The translations under genes were made by a program, and so were the position numbers. From an uncultured delta proteobacterium (lineage in GTDB: Bacteria; Desulfobacterota; Desulfuromonadia; Desulfuromonadales; BM103): 64,000 nt of DNA. This document shows positions 1 through 14,106 of the stretch, piece after piece. The stretch lies in the NCBI GenBank assembly GCA_963715335.1, contig CAVQRZ010000014.1:32001-96000 (forward strand), written 5' to 3'. Every line of letters starts with the position of its first letter. Positions within the stretch are counted from its first letter, which is position 1. The notes beneath the pieces are model-generated. The model was not told the origin of the DNA and ran no database searches. It saw only the letters and a list, made by a program, of their open reading frames with translations.

Positions 1-221
1 CGGCGTGTGATGCTGGACGGGCCACCATCAAAGTGGACAAAATGACGCTCGGCTCTTTCGGCCGGATCCTCGAAACGCCCCTGACCCGTTTCTCCGGTTT
101 CAAGCTCAGCCCACAGTCTCGACGGGAGGGGCTCGCCCTGCTTAATGACGCTTTGCGATACCATTTGCACAGGCCGTTGAAGAGTCTGGAGATGTTGAAT
201 CGGTTTAGTCCGGAGGAATAA
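1..221 (+). CDS. recO: DNA repair protein RecO, C-terminal part (5' end outside window)
   Basis: Ends ...YHLHRPLKSLEML, typical RecO C-terminus; recO-glyQ-glyS order. Confidence 0.7.
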   Translation, partial: ACDAGRATIKVDKMTLGSFGRILETPLTRFSGFKLSPQSRREGLALLNDALRYHLHRPLKSLEMLNRFSPEE

Positions 222-224
222 TTC

Positions 225-610
225 GTGGCCACAATACCTTAACTTGTATTGTGGCCACTTTTTGGTTTTGACCGCTGACAAATAAAAAAATCAAAGACAA
301 AACCGGCGGGTCGCGTCCCGCCCGACGCCATACTTTTGTCCGGCAACAAAAGTATGCAAAAGTGCCTTCTCCTTGCGGAGGGCATCTCCTTGGCCGGATG
401 TCTGTGACTTCAAGAACCTGTACTGATGGGGATCCGGCCCTGTGTCAAAGGGCCTGACCTTTTTGTTTAATTTACCAGGGAAAAGCTAAAACAACCCCTA
501 CCGACGCAAACCTCCACGAAAGGAGAGGCTCTCACGAGCCTCGGCTCCTTCGGGGGGAGTAACCCCCGGATTTTTCTTTTGCTTTTGATGAGATAAGTAA
601 CATCTGTTGA
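225..610 (-). repeat. Foldback element copy A (internally deleted)
   Basis: 302-550 is the reverse complement of the right half of copies B/D/E; palindrome GTGGCCACAATAC..GTATTGTGGCCAC at 225-258. Confidence 0.9.
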
Positions 611-910
611 AAGGAATAGGCTTATTCCATGCAGTTTAACACCTACTCTTCTCCAACTCTTTAAACGAAGATTAATATGATTACTTTGCCTCCGCATCAA
701 CACATCGAAGTCTTGACAGGGAAAGGCCTGCAAGCTAAGATGCCAAGCCTGTTTGGCCGCAAATTGTATACTGTATACGTTTTCAGGCTCCCTGAAAGAG
801 CTTAATGCAGGATAAAATGTGTGAGTTGGTGAGATAGAAAGATCACGAGAGAATCGTTCAAACGATACGCTCTCTGCATGGCACTCTCAGCAACTCACTT
901 TGGAGGATGT

Positions 911-1780
<870 letters not shown>

Positions 1781-1816
1781 GGCGCGTAGTGCGTGGCGAG
1801 AAAAACAGAACAATAC

Positions 1817-1940
1817 TTTAACGCAAAGACGCTAAAGAGAAAGCAAGACGTAAAGATTGATTCTATAGGGCTAAACTTAAAAATTGTCTTTCTTGGCCTT
1901 CCTTTGCGTCTTGAGTGAGCAAAGCGAACGGGCGTTAAAA
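1817..1940. repeat. AACGCAAAG-type short inverted-repeat element
   Basis: TTTAACGCAAAGACGC...CTTTGCGTCTTGAGTGAGC-AGCGAACGGGCGTTAAA; very similar ends at 47628-47766. Confidence 0.8.
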
Positions 1941-1965
1941 TAGCTTTCATAAAACGGAGCAATAA

Positions 1966-4032
1966 ATGGCTAAGGAAATTTTCCTTGAAATAGGGACCGA
2001 AGAGATTCCAGCCGGTTTTCTGCCGAAGGCGATGGCGGACCTGGAGCGGATGATCCGCAAGGGACTGGACACGGCGCGACTCGAGTACGGCGAGGTGAAA
2101 ACCTTCGCCACGCCCCGTCGCCTGGCCTTGTCGGTCAGCGATGTTGCCGAAGACCAGCCGACCCTGCGCACCGAAGCGATGGGGCCTGCCAAGCAGATTG
2201 CCTTTGATGCCGACGGCAATCCGACCAAGGCGGCGATCGGCTTTGCCCGCGGCCAGGGTGTTGACGTCGCGGCACTGAAAACCATCAAGACCGACAAGGG
2301 CGAATATCTCTTCCTCGAGAAGGAAGAGCCGGGTCGGCCGACGGCGGAACTGCTCAAAGAGGTCCTGCCAAGACTGGTGGCCGGTCTGTCGTTCAAGAAG
2401 TCGATGCGCTGGGAAAACCAGGAGGTCCGTTTTGCCCGGCCGATGCACTGGATCGTCGCCCTGTATGGCGGTGACGTGATCCCCTTCGTCCACGGCAACC
2501 TGACCAGCGGCAACCTGTCGCGCGGCCACCGTTTCATGGCTCCCGGTGAGTTTGCCGTCACCGGCGTCGCCGATTGGCTGGAGGGCTGCCGCAAACATTT
2601 TGTCACAGCCGATCAAGAAGAGCGTAAGGCAACGATCCGTGAGCAGGTCGTCGCTTCCGGCAAGGCCGCCGGGGGCTCGACGGTTGTCGATGAGGGGCTG
2701 CTTGAAGAGGTGACCTATCTGCTCGAGGATCCGACGCCGTTGTGCGGGACCTTTGAGGAAAAATACCTGCAGCTGCCGCGTGAGCTGCTGGTGACCTCGA
2801 TGAAGGAACACCAGCGTTATTTCACGGTGGAAGATGCCAGCGGCAAGCTGCTCAACAAGTTCATTACCGTATCGAATACCCGTCCTGCGGACGAGCAGGT
2901 TGTTATCAAGGGCAACGAGAAGGTTATCCGCGCCCGCCTTGCCGATGCCATGTTCTTCTGGGAGGAAGACCAGAAGGTCAAGCTGGAAGGCAACCTGGAA
3001 ACGCTGAAGAACGTCATCTACCAGGCCAGGCTCGGCTCAAGCTTTGAAAAAGTTGAGCGTTTTACGCAGATCGCCAGAGGGCTGGCCGAGCGTTTCGAAC
3101 CGGCGGCCGTCGCCCTGACCGAACGGGCGGCAAGGCTCGCCAAGTGTGACCTGGAGACCAAGATGGTCTACGAATTCCCCGAACTGCAGGGGATCATGGG
3201 TCGCGAGTATTCGCGCATCGAGGGCGAGGACCCACGCATCTCGACTGCGATCTTTGAACACTACCTGCCCACCGAGGCGGGCGGTACCCTGCCGTCGGAC
3301 AACATCGGCGCCTTTGTCTCAATCGCTGACAAGATCGATACGATCTGCGGCTGTTTCGGCGTCGGCCTGATCCCGACCGGTTCGGCAGACCCCTACGCGC
3401 TGCGTCGTAGCGCTATCGGCGTCCTCAATATCATTCTCGATCGCGGCTACCAGGTCAGCATTCCCGAACTGGTTGAACAGAGCCTCCGTCAGCTCGAGGC
3501 GAAACTGTCCCGGCCGCGTGCCGAAGTACAGGTTGACGTGGTGGAATTTATCCGTCTGCGTCTGGCCAATATGCTGACCGGTCGTGACATTGCGACGGAC
3601 GTGGTTGATGCGGTGCTGACTGCGCGGTTTGATGAGCCCGGCGACGCGGTCGCGCGCGTCGAGGCGCTGGCTGCCCTCAAGGGTGCCGCGAATTTCGAGC
3701 CGCTGGCGATTGCTTTCAAGCGGGTCGGCAACATCATCAAGGGAGGTGTCGATAACTCTGTCCAGGTTGAGCTCTTCGAGGCCGACTGTGAACGGGCCCT
3801 GTCAGACGCCATCGGGTCAGCTCGTCAGGCGGTCGCCGACCAGGTTGGCCGGGGAGATTATGCTGCTGCATTGCAGACGATCGCCAAGCTGCGTGAGCCG
3901 GTCGATGCCTTCTTCGACGGGGTCATGGTGATGGCCGAGGACGACCGGATAAAAGCCAACCGGCTGGCCCTGCTGACCCAGGTCGCAGCGCTGTTCGCCG
4001 ACATTGCAGACTTTACACGGGTCGCCGCTTAG
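1966..4032 (+). CDS. glyS: Glycine-tRNA ligase beta subunit
   Basis: LEIGTEEIP, ATPRRLA, FARPMHW, EFPELQGIMG. Confidence 0.98.
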   Translation: MAKEIFLEIGTEEIPAGFLPKAMADLERMIRKGLDTARLEYGEVKTFATPRRLALSVSDVAEDQPTLRTEAMGPAKQIAFDADGNPTKAAIGFARGQGVDVAALKTIKTDKGEYLFLEKEEPGRPTAELLKEVLPRLVAGLSFKKSMRWENQEVRFARPMHWIVALYGGDVIPFVHGNLTSGNLSRGHRFMAPGEFAVTGVADWLEGCRKHFVTADQEERKATIREQVVASGKAAGGSTVVDEGLLEEVTYLLEDPTPLCGTFEEKYLQLPRELLVTSMKEHQRYFTVEDASGKLLNKFITVSNTRPADEQVVIKGNEKVIRARLADAMFFWEEDQKVKLEGNLETLKNVIYQARLGSSFEKVERFTQIARGLAERFEPAAVALTERAARLAKCDLETKMVYEFPELQGIMGREYSRIEGEDPRISTAIFEHYLPTEAGGTLPSDNIGAFVSIADKIDTICGCFGVGLIPTGSADPYALRRSAIGVLNIILDRGYQVSIPELVEQSLRQLEAKLSRPRAEVQVDVVEFIRLRLANMLTGRDIATDVVDAVLTARFDEPGDAVARVEALAALKGAANFEPLAIAFKRVGNIIKGGVDNSVQVELFEADCERALSDAIGSARQAVADQVGRGDYAAALQTIAKLREPVDAFFDGVMVMAEDDRIKANRLALLTQVAALFADIADFTRVAA

Positions 4033-4056
4033 GAAACTAAGCGGCGGTTTTATTTT
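4023..4056 (+). terminator. Intrinsic terminator after glyS
   Basis: CGCCGCTTAG-GAAA-CTAAGCGGCG followed by T-rich tract. Confidence 0.7.
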
Positions 4057-4234
4057 GGCTGAAAAGTCCCGGCTATTTTTTCCGGTGGACTATAAAAATG
4101 CTGATTTTTGTGTAACGGTACAGAGTGAAAGGTGACAAATCGTTTGCGGGCTTCTTGTCATTGATTTATCCCTTTTTACGTTAAACTTTTACCAAATTGG
4201 ACCAAATACCAATCTCAACGGGGAGGAAGTAACA

Positions 4235-6895
<2,661 letters not shown>

Positions 6896-6900
6896 ACAAC

Positions 6901-7854
6901 GTGAAGATCGTTGTCCTTGACGGGTATGCGACGAACCCGGGAGACCTTTCCTGGGACGGCTTGGCCGAGTTCGGCGAACTGACGGTTTATGATCGCACCC
7001 CTGCCGAATTGACTGCCGAACGCGCCGCCGGTGCCGAAGCCCTGATTACCAACAAGGTGTTCATCGGTGCCAACGAAATGGCTGCCCTGCCGGGGTTGGC
7101 CTATATCGGAATCCAGGCCACGGGCGTCAATGTCGTTGACCTGGGCGCCGCACGACAGCATGGGGTTGCCGTCGCCAACGTTCCCGCCTACAGTACCGCC
7201 TCCGTTGCCCAGCACGTGTTTGCCTTGTTGCTGGAACTGGTTCGCGGCGTCGGTCGGCACAACGAGCGGGTCAGGCAGGGCGCCTGGAGCAGCTGCCCTG
7301 ACTTTGCTTTCCAGGAAACCCCCCAGGTCGAATTGGCAGGCAAGGTGTTCGGGATCGTCGGTTTTGGCGATATCGGCCAGGCCACGGCAAAGATTGCCGA
7401 GGCTTTCGGCATGCGCGTCCTGGTCCACACCCGTACCCCCGATCCGCAAACCTTCCCGGAGATACAGTATGTCGGGCTGAACCAGCTATTGGCCGAGGCC
7501 GATGTGGTCAGCCTGAGCTGCCCCCTTACAGCTGACACCGAAAAACTGATTAATGCCGAACGTCTTGCCAGGATGAAGGCGTCGGCCTATCTGATCAACA
7601 CCGGTCGCGGTTTGCTGGTGGACGAAGCTGCGCTGGCCTATGCGCTGCGCAACGGTGAGATTGCCGGCGCCGGCCTCGATGTCCTGTCCCAGGAACCACC
7701 GCCTGCGGATAACCCCCTGCTTGGTGCACCGCACTGTTTCATCACCCCTCACCTGGCCTGGGCAACCAGGGCTGCAAGACAGAGACTGATTGATGAAATC
7801 GTTGCGAATCTCAGAGCTTTTCTGGCCGGAAAATCGCGGAATCGGGTTGATTAA
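6901..7854 (+). CDS. D-2-hydroxyacid dehydrogenase (glycerate dehydrogenase-like)
   Basis: GIVGFGDIG Rossmann motif, LINTGRG, LDVLSQEPP, ITPHLAW. Confidence 0.9.
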   Translation: MKIVVLDGYATNPGDLSWDGLAEFGELTVYDRTPAELTAERAAGAEALITNKVFIGANEMAALPGLAYIGIQATGVNVVDLGAARQHGVAVANVPAYSTASVAQHVFALLLELVRGVGRHNERVRQGAWSSCPDFAFQETPQVELAGKVFGIVGFGDIGQATAKIAEAFGMRVLVHTRTPDPQTFPEIQYVGLNQLLAEADVVSLSCPLTADTEKLINAERLARMKASAYLINTGRGLLVDEAALAYALRNGEIAGAGLDVLSQEPPPADNPLLGAPHCFITPHLAWATRAARQRLIDEIVANLRAFLAGKSRNRVD

Positions 7855-8030
7855 AACCGGTTTGCGGTTCGCGGGACGAGGAACGCGAAAAGCGAAAAGC
7901 TTTAACGCAAAGACGCAAAGGGTAATAAAGAGGTTGCATAGATACGAACGACTCAAGACGACAGGGTTCCCCTTTGCGTCTGTCGAGTTATCTTTCTTTC
8001 TCTCTGCATTGATCAATGCTTTGTTTCTGA

Positions 8031-8723
8031 ATGGAATTCTCAAACCTGCACTCCTGGGATTTAAACCCTCAAGAAGCCATTGTCCTGCAGAAGGAATTGG
8101 CCGGCCAGGTTCTGCTCGAAAACACCCTTGCTCATGGTCCTGGGACGGTTGCCGGAGTTGATGTCTCCTATAAAAAGCGGGGACGCCTTTTACATGCCGC
8201 TATCGTTGTTCTGGACTACGAATCTTTGGAAATTATGGAGTCGGTTACGGCCAGTGGTGAAGTTCTCTTCCCCTATGTGCCGGGGCTGTTGTCTTTCCGT
8301 GAATTGCCAATTCTGCTGCAAGCCTTTGGAAAGTTACAGACGCGTCCAGACGTCATCCTGGCCGATGCGCAAGGGATTGCCCATCCGCGCAGGCTCGGTC
8401 TTGCCAGTCACCTTGGCCTCTGGCTTGGGTTGCCGACGATCGGATGTGCGAAAAGCCGGCTTTGTGGTGTCCATGGGGAACCAAGGTTGATAAAAGGTGA
8501 GTGGGCCGAACTTGTCGATGATGGCGCGAGTGTTGGCCGGGTTGTATGCACCAAGGACAGAGTCAAGCCGCTTTATATCTCGCCCGGACACAAAATCAAT
8601 GCACATCTCTCGGCTGAGATTGTTTTGCAATGCTGCCGGGGGTATCGTCTTCCTGACCCTACCCGTCAGGCCCACCTGTTGAGCAACAGGGCCAGGTCAG
8701 AGTATCAAGCGCGCGGCGGGTAA
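8031..8723 (+). CDS. nfi: Endonuclease V
   Basis: AGVDVSY, PYVPGLLSFRE, GIAHPRRLGLASH, IGCAKSRL. Confidence 0.95.
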   Translation: MEFSNLHSWDLNPQEAIVLQKELAGQVLLENTLAHGPGTVAGVDVSYKKRGRLLHAAIVVLDYESLEIMESVTASGEVLFPYVPGLLSFRELPILLQAFGKLQTRPDVILADAQGIAHPRRLGLASHLGLWLGLPTIGCAKSRLCGVHGEPRLIKGEWAELVDDGASVGRVVCTKDRVKPLYISPGHKINAHLSAEIVLQCCRGYRLPDPTRQAHLLSNRARSEYQARGG

Positions 8724-8743
8724 CGCGTGGTGCGGCACCTTTG

Positions 8744-9395
8744 TCAGGCAACAGTAACATTCAAAGTACCGACTCGTTCAACCGTCGCCTCTAGCCTGTC
8801 GCCACTCACAATCCTGCCGACGCCTGAAGGTGTGCCGGTCAGCAGGACGTCCCCTTCTTCAAGGGTAAAATACGTTGAGGCAGCGGCAATCAATTCCGCG
8901 ACCGAACGCATCATGTCTCCAGTGTTGCCGTTCTGGCGCAGCTCACCGTTGATGGCCAACTTGATCTGCAGGTTTTGCGGATCACCAATCTGGTCTGCGG
9001 GCACGAAGGCTGAGAGCGGGCAAGCTGTGTCGAAGGCCTTGGCGATCTCCCAGGGCAGGCCTTTTTCTTTCTGGGTGCTCTGGATGTCGCGCAGGGTCAG
9101 GTCCAGGGCAACGGCATATCCCGTCACGTGGTCCAGGGCGTCGTTCGCATCGATGTTTTTGGCCTCGGCGCCGATCAGGACGGCAAGCTCGACCTCGTGA
9201 TGGCAATCTTTCGAATGGGGCGGGATGACGACCGTTCCGCCCTCGGCGATAATCGAACTGGCCGGCTTGATGAAGATCACCGGCTTGTCGGGAATCCTGG
9301 TTGCCGAGTTCCTTGATGTGCTCGATGTAATTGCGACCGATGCAGACGATCTTGCCAACCGGAATATTCTTGTTGCCGAGTTTTACGGTGTGCAT
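8744..9395 (-). CDS. Fumarylacetoacetate hydrolase family protein (1-bp frameshift near 9298)
   Basis: KIVCIGRNYIEHIKELGN in one frame; PVIFIKP..HHEVEL..LTGTPSGVG in another. Confidence 0.85.
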
Positions 9396-9573
9396 ATTGA
9401 TCTCCGGGAAAACCTTGGATTGAAGAACTTTATAAAATTTAACGCAAAGACGCAAAGCTGCAAAGAGAAACCGTATCAAAATAAGGTTGATGGTGAATAA
9501 TGTGAATGTCAATCCAGCTTCATACTGCTATATTTAAAGCACCGGATAAATCGACAACAGCAAGAGAAGCTCC

Positions 9574-10749
9574 ATGTTCCTGCCGATCGGCGATGTGCCA
9601 AACCCCAAAACGACCCCCTATGTCAACTGGCTGTTGATCGGGATCAACATTGCCGTGTTCATCGTCGTCACGATGCCACTGAGTGCGGCCCGTCCGGCGC
9701 TTGATGATCCGGCTCTGCTCGACTATTTGAAACTGATCGGGGCGCAGGGGGATTGGCCGGCGCCGCTGATTTACCAGCATGTCTCGGCTTACGACCTGGT
9801 GGTGTTCAAGTACGGCTTCAGGCCAGCCGAATTTTCACTGATGAGCATGTTCACGGCGATGTTCATGCATGGCGGGTGGATGCACCTGGCCGGCAACATG
9901 CTGTTTTTGTGGATTTATGGCGACAATGTCGAGCATCGACTCGGACATGTTGGCTACCTGGTCTCTTATCTTGCCGCCGGGCTTGCCGCGACGCTTTTTT
10001 TCGCCATGTTCGTGCCCAACTCGCAGATCCCGATGCTTGGAGCGTCAGGGGCCATTTCCGGGGTCCTCGGCTTTTATTTCCTCTGGTTTCCGCGCAACCA
10101 GATCAAGGTATTCGTCTTTCTCTTCCCCCTGATTATGACTACCCTGTTGATCCCGTCGCGCATCGTCCTCGGGGTTTACCTGGTAATCGACAATCTCCTG
10201 CCTTTTATGATGAAATCCGCGGAAGGCAGCGGGATCGCCCACGGTGCGCACATCGGCGGGTTCCTGGCCGGCCTCGGGCTGGCCATGGCAATCGATCGCC
10301 TGCCGGGGGTGTTGAGGGTGAAAAGGGCTGTTCCGAAGCCAAGCCGCAAACCGGCCAACCATGTGGATGCCGTGACAGATATCGTCCGCTCGATCGACCG
10401 TGACGACCTGTCGCATGCGGTGTCGCGGTATGCAGAACTGGAAAGTCGCGCGCAACGCGGTCGGCTCACGACACCCCATCTTCTTGCGATCGGTGATTAC
10501 CTGCTGGCCAGTGAAGAGCCGGACGAGGCGCTGACGGTCTACCGGAGACTGATCGCCGAACGGCCCGGAGACCTGAGCCTTGACCAGGCCTACCTGGGGG
10601 CAGGACGCGCCATGCTGCGCAAGGACCGTTGTGAGACGGCGGCCTGGCATTACCTGGTCGCCGCCGTCGATCTCGCACAGTCAACGGAAGTTGCCGATGC
10701 TGCTAAGCGCTACATGAAGATGATTGAGGAGCCGGGGGATGGTGGCTAG
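9574..10749 (+). CDS. Rhomboid intramembrane serine protease with C-terminal TPR-like domain
   Basis: HGGWMHLAGNM, GASGAISG, AHGAHIGG; helical tail. Confidence 0.9.
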   Translation: MFLPIGDVPNPKTTPYVNWLLIGINIAVFIVVTMPLSAARPALDDPALLDYLKLIGAQGDWPAPLIYQHVSAYDLVVFKYGFRPAEFSLMSMFTAMFMHGGWMHLAGNMLFLWIYGDNVEHRLGHVGYLVSYLAAGLAATLFFAMFVPNSQIPMLGASGAISGVLGFYFLWFPRNQIKVFVFLFPLIMTTLLIPSRIVLGVYLVIDNLLPFMMKSAEGSGIAHGAHIGGFLAGLGLAMAIDRLPGVLRVKRAVPKPSRKPANHVDAVTDIVRSIDRDDLSHAVSRYAELESRAQRGRLTTPHLLAIGDYLLASEEPDEALTVYRRLIAERPGDLSLDQAYLGAGRAMLRKDRCETAAWHYLVAAVDLAQSTEVADAAKRYMKMIEEPGDGG

Positions 10750-10866
10750 GGGCTGGAGACTGGTCATCCAGACCTGAAGCCATGCTTGCATAGCGTTAGC
10801 AAACAAAACACAAATTTGCGGGAAGGACTCGGTTTGACTGTCCCCGAGCCCCCGCCAACGGAATCT

Positions 10867-11742
10867 ATGTACGATTACCCTCTGTATCGCCCGCCGAGCG
10901 AGGCACGCAGCCAGATATTCCAGATCACCCTGGGCTGTTCGCAAAACCACTGCACTTTTTGTGGCATGTACAAGACCAAACATTTCAAGGTCCGACCTGT
11001 TGCGGACATCAGGGCTGAAATTTCAAGCATCCCTGCAGCACACAGACCGTACGTACAAAGAGTTTTCCTCGCCGACGGCGACGCCTTGATTTATCCCCAG
11101 GCAGGCCTTGTCGAGCTTCTCGATTCCCTTGCCGATCACTTTCCTAATCTCACCCGGGTCGGCATCTATGCCTCACCCAACAGTCTGAAAAGCAAGTCTG
11201 TTGCCGCATTGACCCTGTTGCGTGAAAAGAAGCTGCGAATCCTTTACTTCGGTTTGGAAAGTGGCGATGTGCCAACCCTGTCTGCCGTGCGCAAAGGGTT
11301 CACACCGGAAGAGATGATGGCCCTGTGTCGCAAAGCTCAACAGGCCGGGATGAAACTCTCGGTCACTGCAATTCTCGGCCTGGCCGGCCGGGAACGCAGC
11401 CGCGAGCATGCCCGGAGTACGGCTGAATGGATCACAGAGCTGTCGCCGGAATTCTTTTCGTTGCTGACCATGTTCCAGCGGCACAACGATGATTTCCTGC
11501 GCTCAATCACCCTGCAGACCAATGGCGGAATTCTTGAAGAAGCCCTCGAGATTGTCCGTCACCTTGCCCCGCAGAAAACCATTCTGCGCTCCAATCATGT
11601 TTCAAATATCCTGCACCTGGAGGGTTCCTATCCGAAAGACCGTGAGAGGATTATAGCGCAGGCGGAACAGGCGCTGGCCCAAGCAAGGCAGCACCCGGGA
11701 TGGTTTAATGATGTCCCTGATTATTCGGAAGATAATTTTTGA
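10867..11742 (+). CDS. Radical SAM protein
   Basis: YRPPSEA N-terminus, CSQNHCTFC (CxxxCxxC), FLADGDAL. Confidence 0.9.
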   Translation: MYDYPLYRPPSEARSQIFQITLGCSQNHCTFCGMYKTKHFKVRPVADIRAEISSIPAAHRPYVQRVFLADGDALIYPQAGLVELLDSLADHFPNLTRVGIYASPNSLKSKSVAALTLLREKKLRILYFGLESGDVPTLSAVRKGFTPEEMMALCRKAQQAGMKLSVTAILGLAGRERSREHARSTAEWITELSPEFFSLLTMFQRHNDDFLRSITLQTNGGILEEALEIVRHLAPQKTILRSNHVSNILHLEGSYPKDRERIIAQAEQALAQARQHPGWFNDVPDYSEDNF

Positions 11743-11764
11743 GACGGGATTGGTCCTGGATTTC

Positions 11765-12242
11765 GGGCAACAGATGGTTCATCTGTTGCCCTTTGCCGTT
11801 GTTCTTTGGAATTCAAAGATAAAAGCAAAACCCGGGGGTCGCGCCCCCCGACTGCGCCTTACTCTTTTGCTGGCCCAAAAGAGTAAGCAGAAAAAGGCCT
11901 GCGCTGCGCTGGGCATGTCTGGTGCGTCAGTGCGGCAACCTCAACCCGGATCGTTCTAAACGATCAAGAGTCTACGCTTCCCCCGCAGGAGCCGAGGCTC
12001 TTGAGAGCCTCTCCTGCTGTGGAGGCTTGCGTCGGTCGAGGTTGTTTTGGCTTTTCCCTGGCAAATCACACGGCAAGGTCAGGCCCTTTGACACAGGGCC
12101 GGATCCCCACAGTAAAGGTTTTTGAAGTCACAGAGATCCGGCAGAGGAGATGCCCTCCGCAAGGAGAAGGCATTTTTGCATACTTTTGTTGCCGGACAAA
12201 AGTATGGCGTCTGGCGGGACGCGACCCGCCGGTTTTTCTTTT
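11765..12242 (+). repeat. Foldback element copy B
   Basis: Starts GGGCAACAGATG-GTT-CATCTGTTGCCC; body closely matches copies D and E; between convergent genes. Confidence 0.95.
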
Positions 12243-12269
12243 AACTGTAGGTTTTCAACTTTTTGGTAA

Positions 12270-14039
12270 TTAAAAAGGAAAAAGCAGAGGGATCAGCAAA
12301 GTCGCAATGATCCAGACCATGATATTCAGGGGCGCACCAACCCTGGTGTAATCAAGGAACTTGTAACCCCCGGGCCCCATGACCAGGGCGTTTGACTGGT
12401 GGCTGATCGGGGTCATGAAGCACATCGAGGCGGCGACGGCGACAGCCATGAAGAAGGGGCGCGGCGACACGGCGAGTTCAACCGCCGTGTTGTAGGCGAT
12501 CGGTGCGACCAGCACCGCCGCCGCGGCGTGGCTCATCACTTCGGTGAGACAGAAAGTGATCAGGAAAACCGCACCCAGAACGATCAATGGCCCGTATGCG
12601 CCGACCCCTTCGATGATCAGATGGGCCAGAAGTTCTGCGGCGCCGCTGTTCTGCATAGCATGGCCGAGCGGCAGGGTGCCGGCGATCAGGACGATGATCG
12701 GCCAGTCGATGCCGTCGTAGGCCTCTTTGACCGTCAGGCATCGCAAAAGAATCATGATCAGGGCGCCGAAGGTGGCTGCCACCATGATCGGCGCCGCTCC
12801 CGTGACGGTCAGCAGGATCACGCCAAGGATGGTGCCCACGGCGATGGGAGCCCTTCGTGGGCGATATGGGACGGGATCAACACCACCTAAAACGAGGAAG
12901 CCGTGTCCCTTGGCCAGGTGCCTGACTTTTTCTTCCGGCCCCTGCAGCAACAGTACGTCGCCAAACTGCAGAATCACGTGTTCAACCTTGCGTACCACCG
13001 GTGCGCCGCTGCGCCAGATAGCCAAGACTGTCAAGCCGTGGGTGCTGGAAAAACGTTCCTGGCTCAGGGTCTTGCCGACTATGTCGCTGGTTGGATCGAG
13101 TGAAGCTTCGACGACCACAAAATTTTCATCCGCGGTCCCGGGGATGGGATTGTCCCGTTCCGGGACGACAAGCAGCCCTTTTTCCTTCCTGACTTTAAGA
13201 ATCCCTTCCGGATCCCCTTCCAGAAAAAGGACGTCTCCTACGCGAAGTTTCCGATTGCGTTTCGGCCGTGGATATCTTCTCCCCTTGCGCAGGAGGGCAC
13301 GCACTTTCATGTTGAACTCCCGCTCCAGCTTGCTCTGGCTGATCGTCTGGCCGTCCAGCGGGGACCCTTCGAGGATCTCTATTTCTGTGATGTATTCCTT
13401 GACCTGGTAGGCCTCGGTCAAGGTGCCCGATTTTCGTTCCGGCAGGAGCTTCTGGCCGAAGCAGGCCATGTAGCTGATGCCGCAGGCGAGCAGGACCAGC
13501 CCCAGTGGAGTAAAGGAAAACATCTGGAACCCTTCGCCGGTATATTCCAGAAGGAGTTCATTGATCAGGATATTGGGGGGGGTGCCGATCAGAGTGCAGA
13601 CGCCGCCGAGGAGTGAACCGAAGGCCAGCGGGATAAGCAGTTTACTGGCCGGGCGCTTGGTTCTTCGGGCAACCATGATAACGACCGGCATCAGGACCGC
13701 GGTTGCACCGATGTTGTTGATGAATGCCGAAAAGAGAGCCACCGTACCCATGATCGAGGCGATCATCAGCGTCTGGTTGTGACCTGTCCGGTCGATCAGT
13801 TGCTCGCCGAACTTGGCAATCGCACCAGTATGGGAAATGCCCGTACCGAGGACGAACATGGCAGCGACTGTGATGACCGCCGGATTGCTGAATCCGGAAA
13901 ACGCTTCTTCCGGTGTGACCAGCCCGGTCAGAGCCAAGGCCAGCAGGACCATCAGGCTGACGACATCCATGCGCAGCCATTCCGTGGCAAAGAGGATAAT
14001 GGCGAACAGCAGGATGCTAAGGGTGAGGGCAATGTCCAT
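12270..14039 (-). CDS. SLC13/CitMHS-family permease with TrkA-C domains
   Basis: AFSGFSNPAV, GTPPNI, two TrkA-C-like soluble domains, MGPGGYKF. Confidence 0.9.
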   Translation of the reverse strand: MDIALTLSILLFAIILFATEWLRMDVVSLMVLLALALTGLVTPEEAFSGFSNPAVITVAAMFVLGTGISHTGAIAKFGEQLIDRTGHNQTLMIASIMGTVALFSAFINNIGATAVLMPVVIMVARRTKRPASKLLIPLAFGSLLGGVCTLIGTPPNILINELLLEYTGEGFQMFSFTPLGLVLLACGISYMACFGQKLLPERKSGTLTEAYQVKEYITEIEILEGSPLDGQTISQSKLEREFNMKVRALLRKGRRYPRPKRNRKLRVGDVLFLEGDPEGILKVRKEKGLLVVPERDNPIPGTADENFVVVEASLDPTSDIVGKTLSQERFSSTHGLTVLAIWRSGAPVVRKVEHVILQFGDVLLLQGPEEKVRHLAKGHGFLVLGGVDPVPYRPRRAPIAVGTILGVILLTVTGAAPIMVAATFGALIMILLRCLTVKEAYDGIDWPIIVLIAGTLPLGHAMQNSGAAELLAHLIIEGVGAYGPLIVLGAVFLITFCLTEVMSHAAAAVLVAPIAYNTAVELAVSPRPFFMAVAVAASMCFMTPISHQSNALVMGPGGYKFLDYTRVGAPLNIMVWIIATLLIPLLFPF

Positions 14040-14106
14040 GTATGGCCTGGTAATGATTCCAGCAGTTTAGATTGTCATTACCATTCTACTGGAGATCGGG
14101 CCAAGC

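Noticed and set aside
610..910. T-box or glycine riboswitch before glyQ
   Set aside because: No T-box (TGGNACC antiterminator) or glycine aptamer consensus recognisable
11708..12273. Short ORFs inside the foldback element copies (also 467-733, 24618-25073, 35458-35655, 44101-44649)
   Set aside because: Frames, starts and stops are not conserved between copies and no transposase motifs are present
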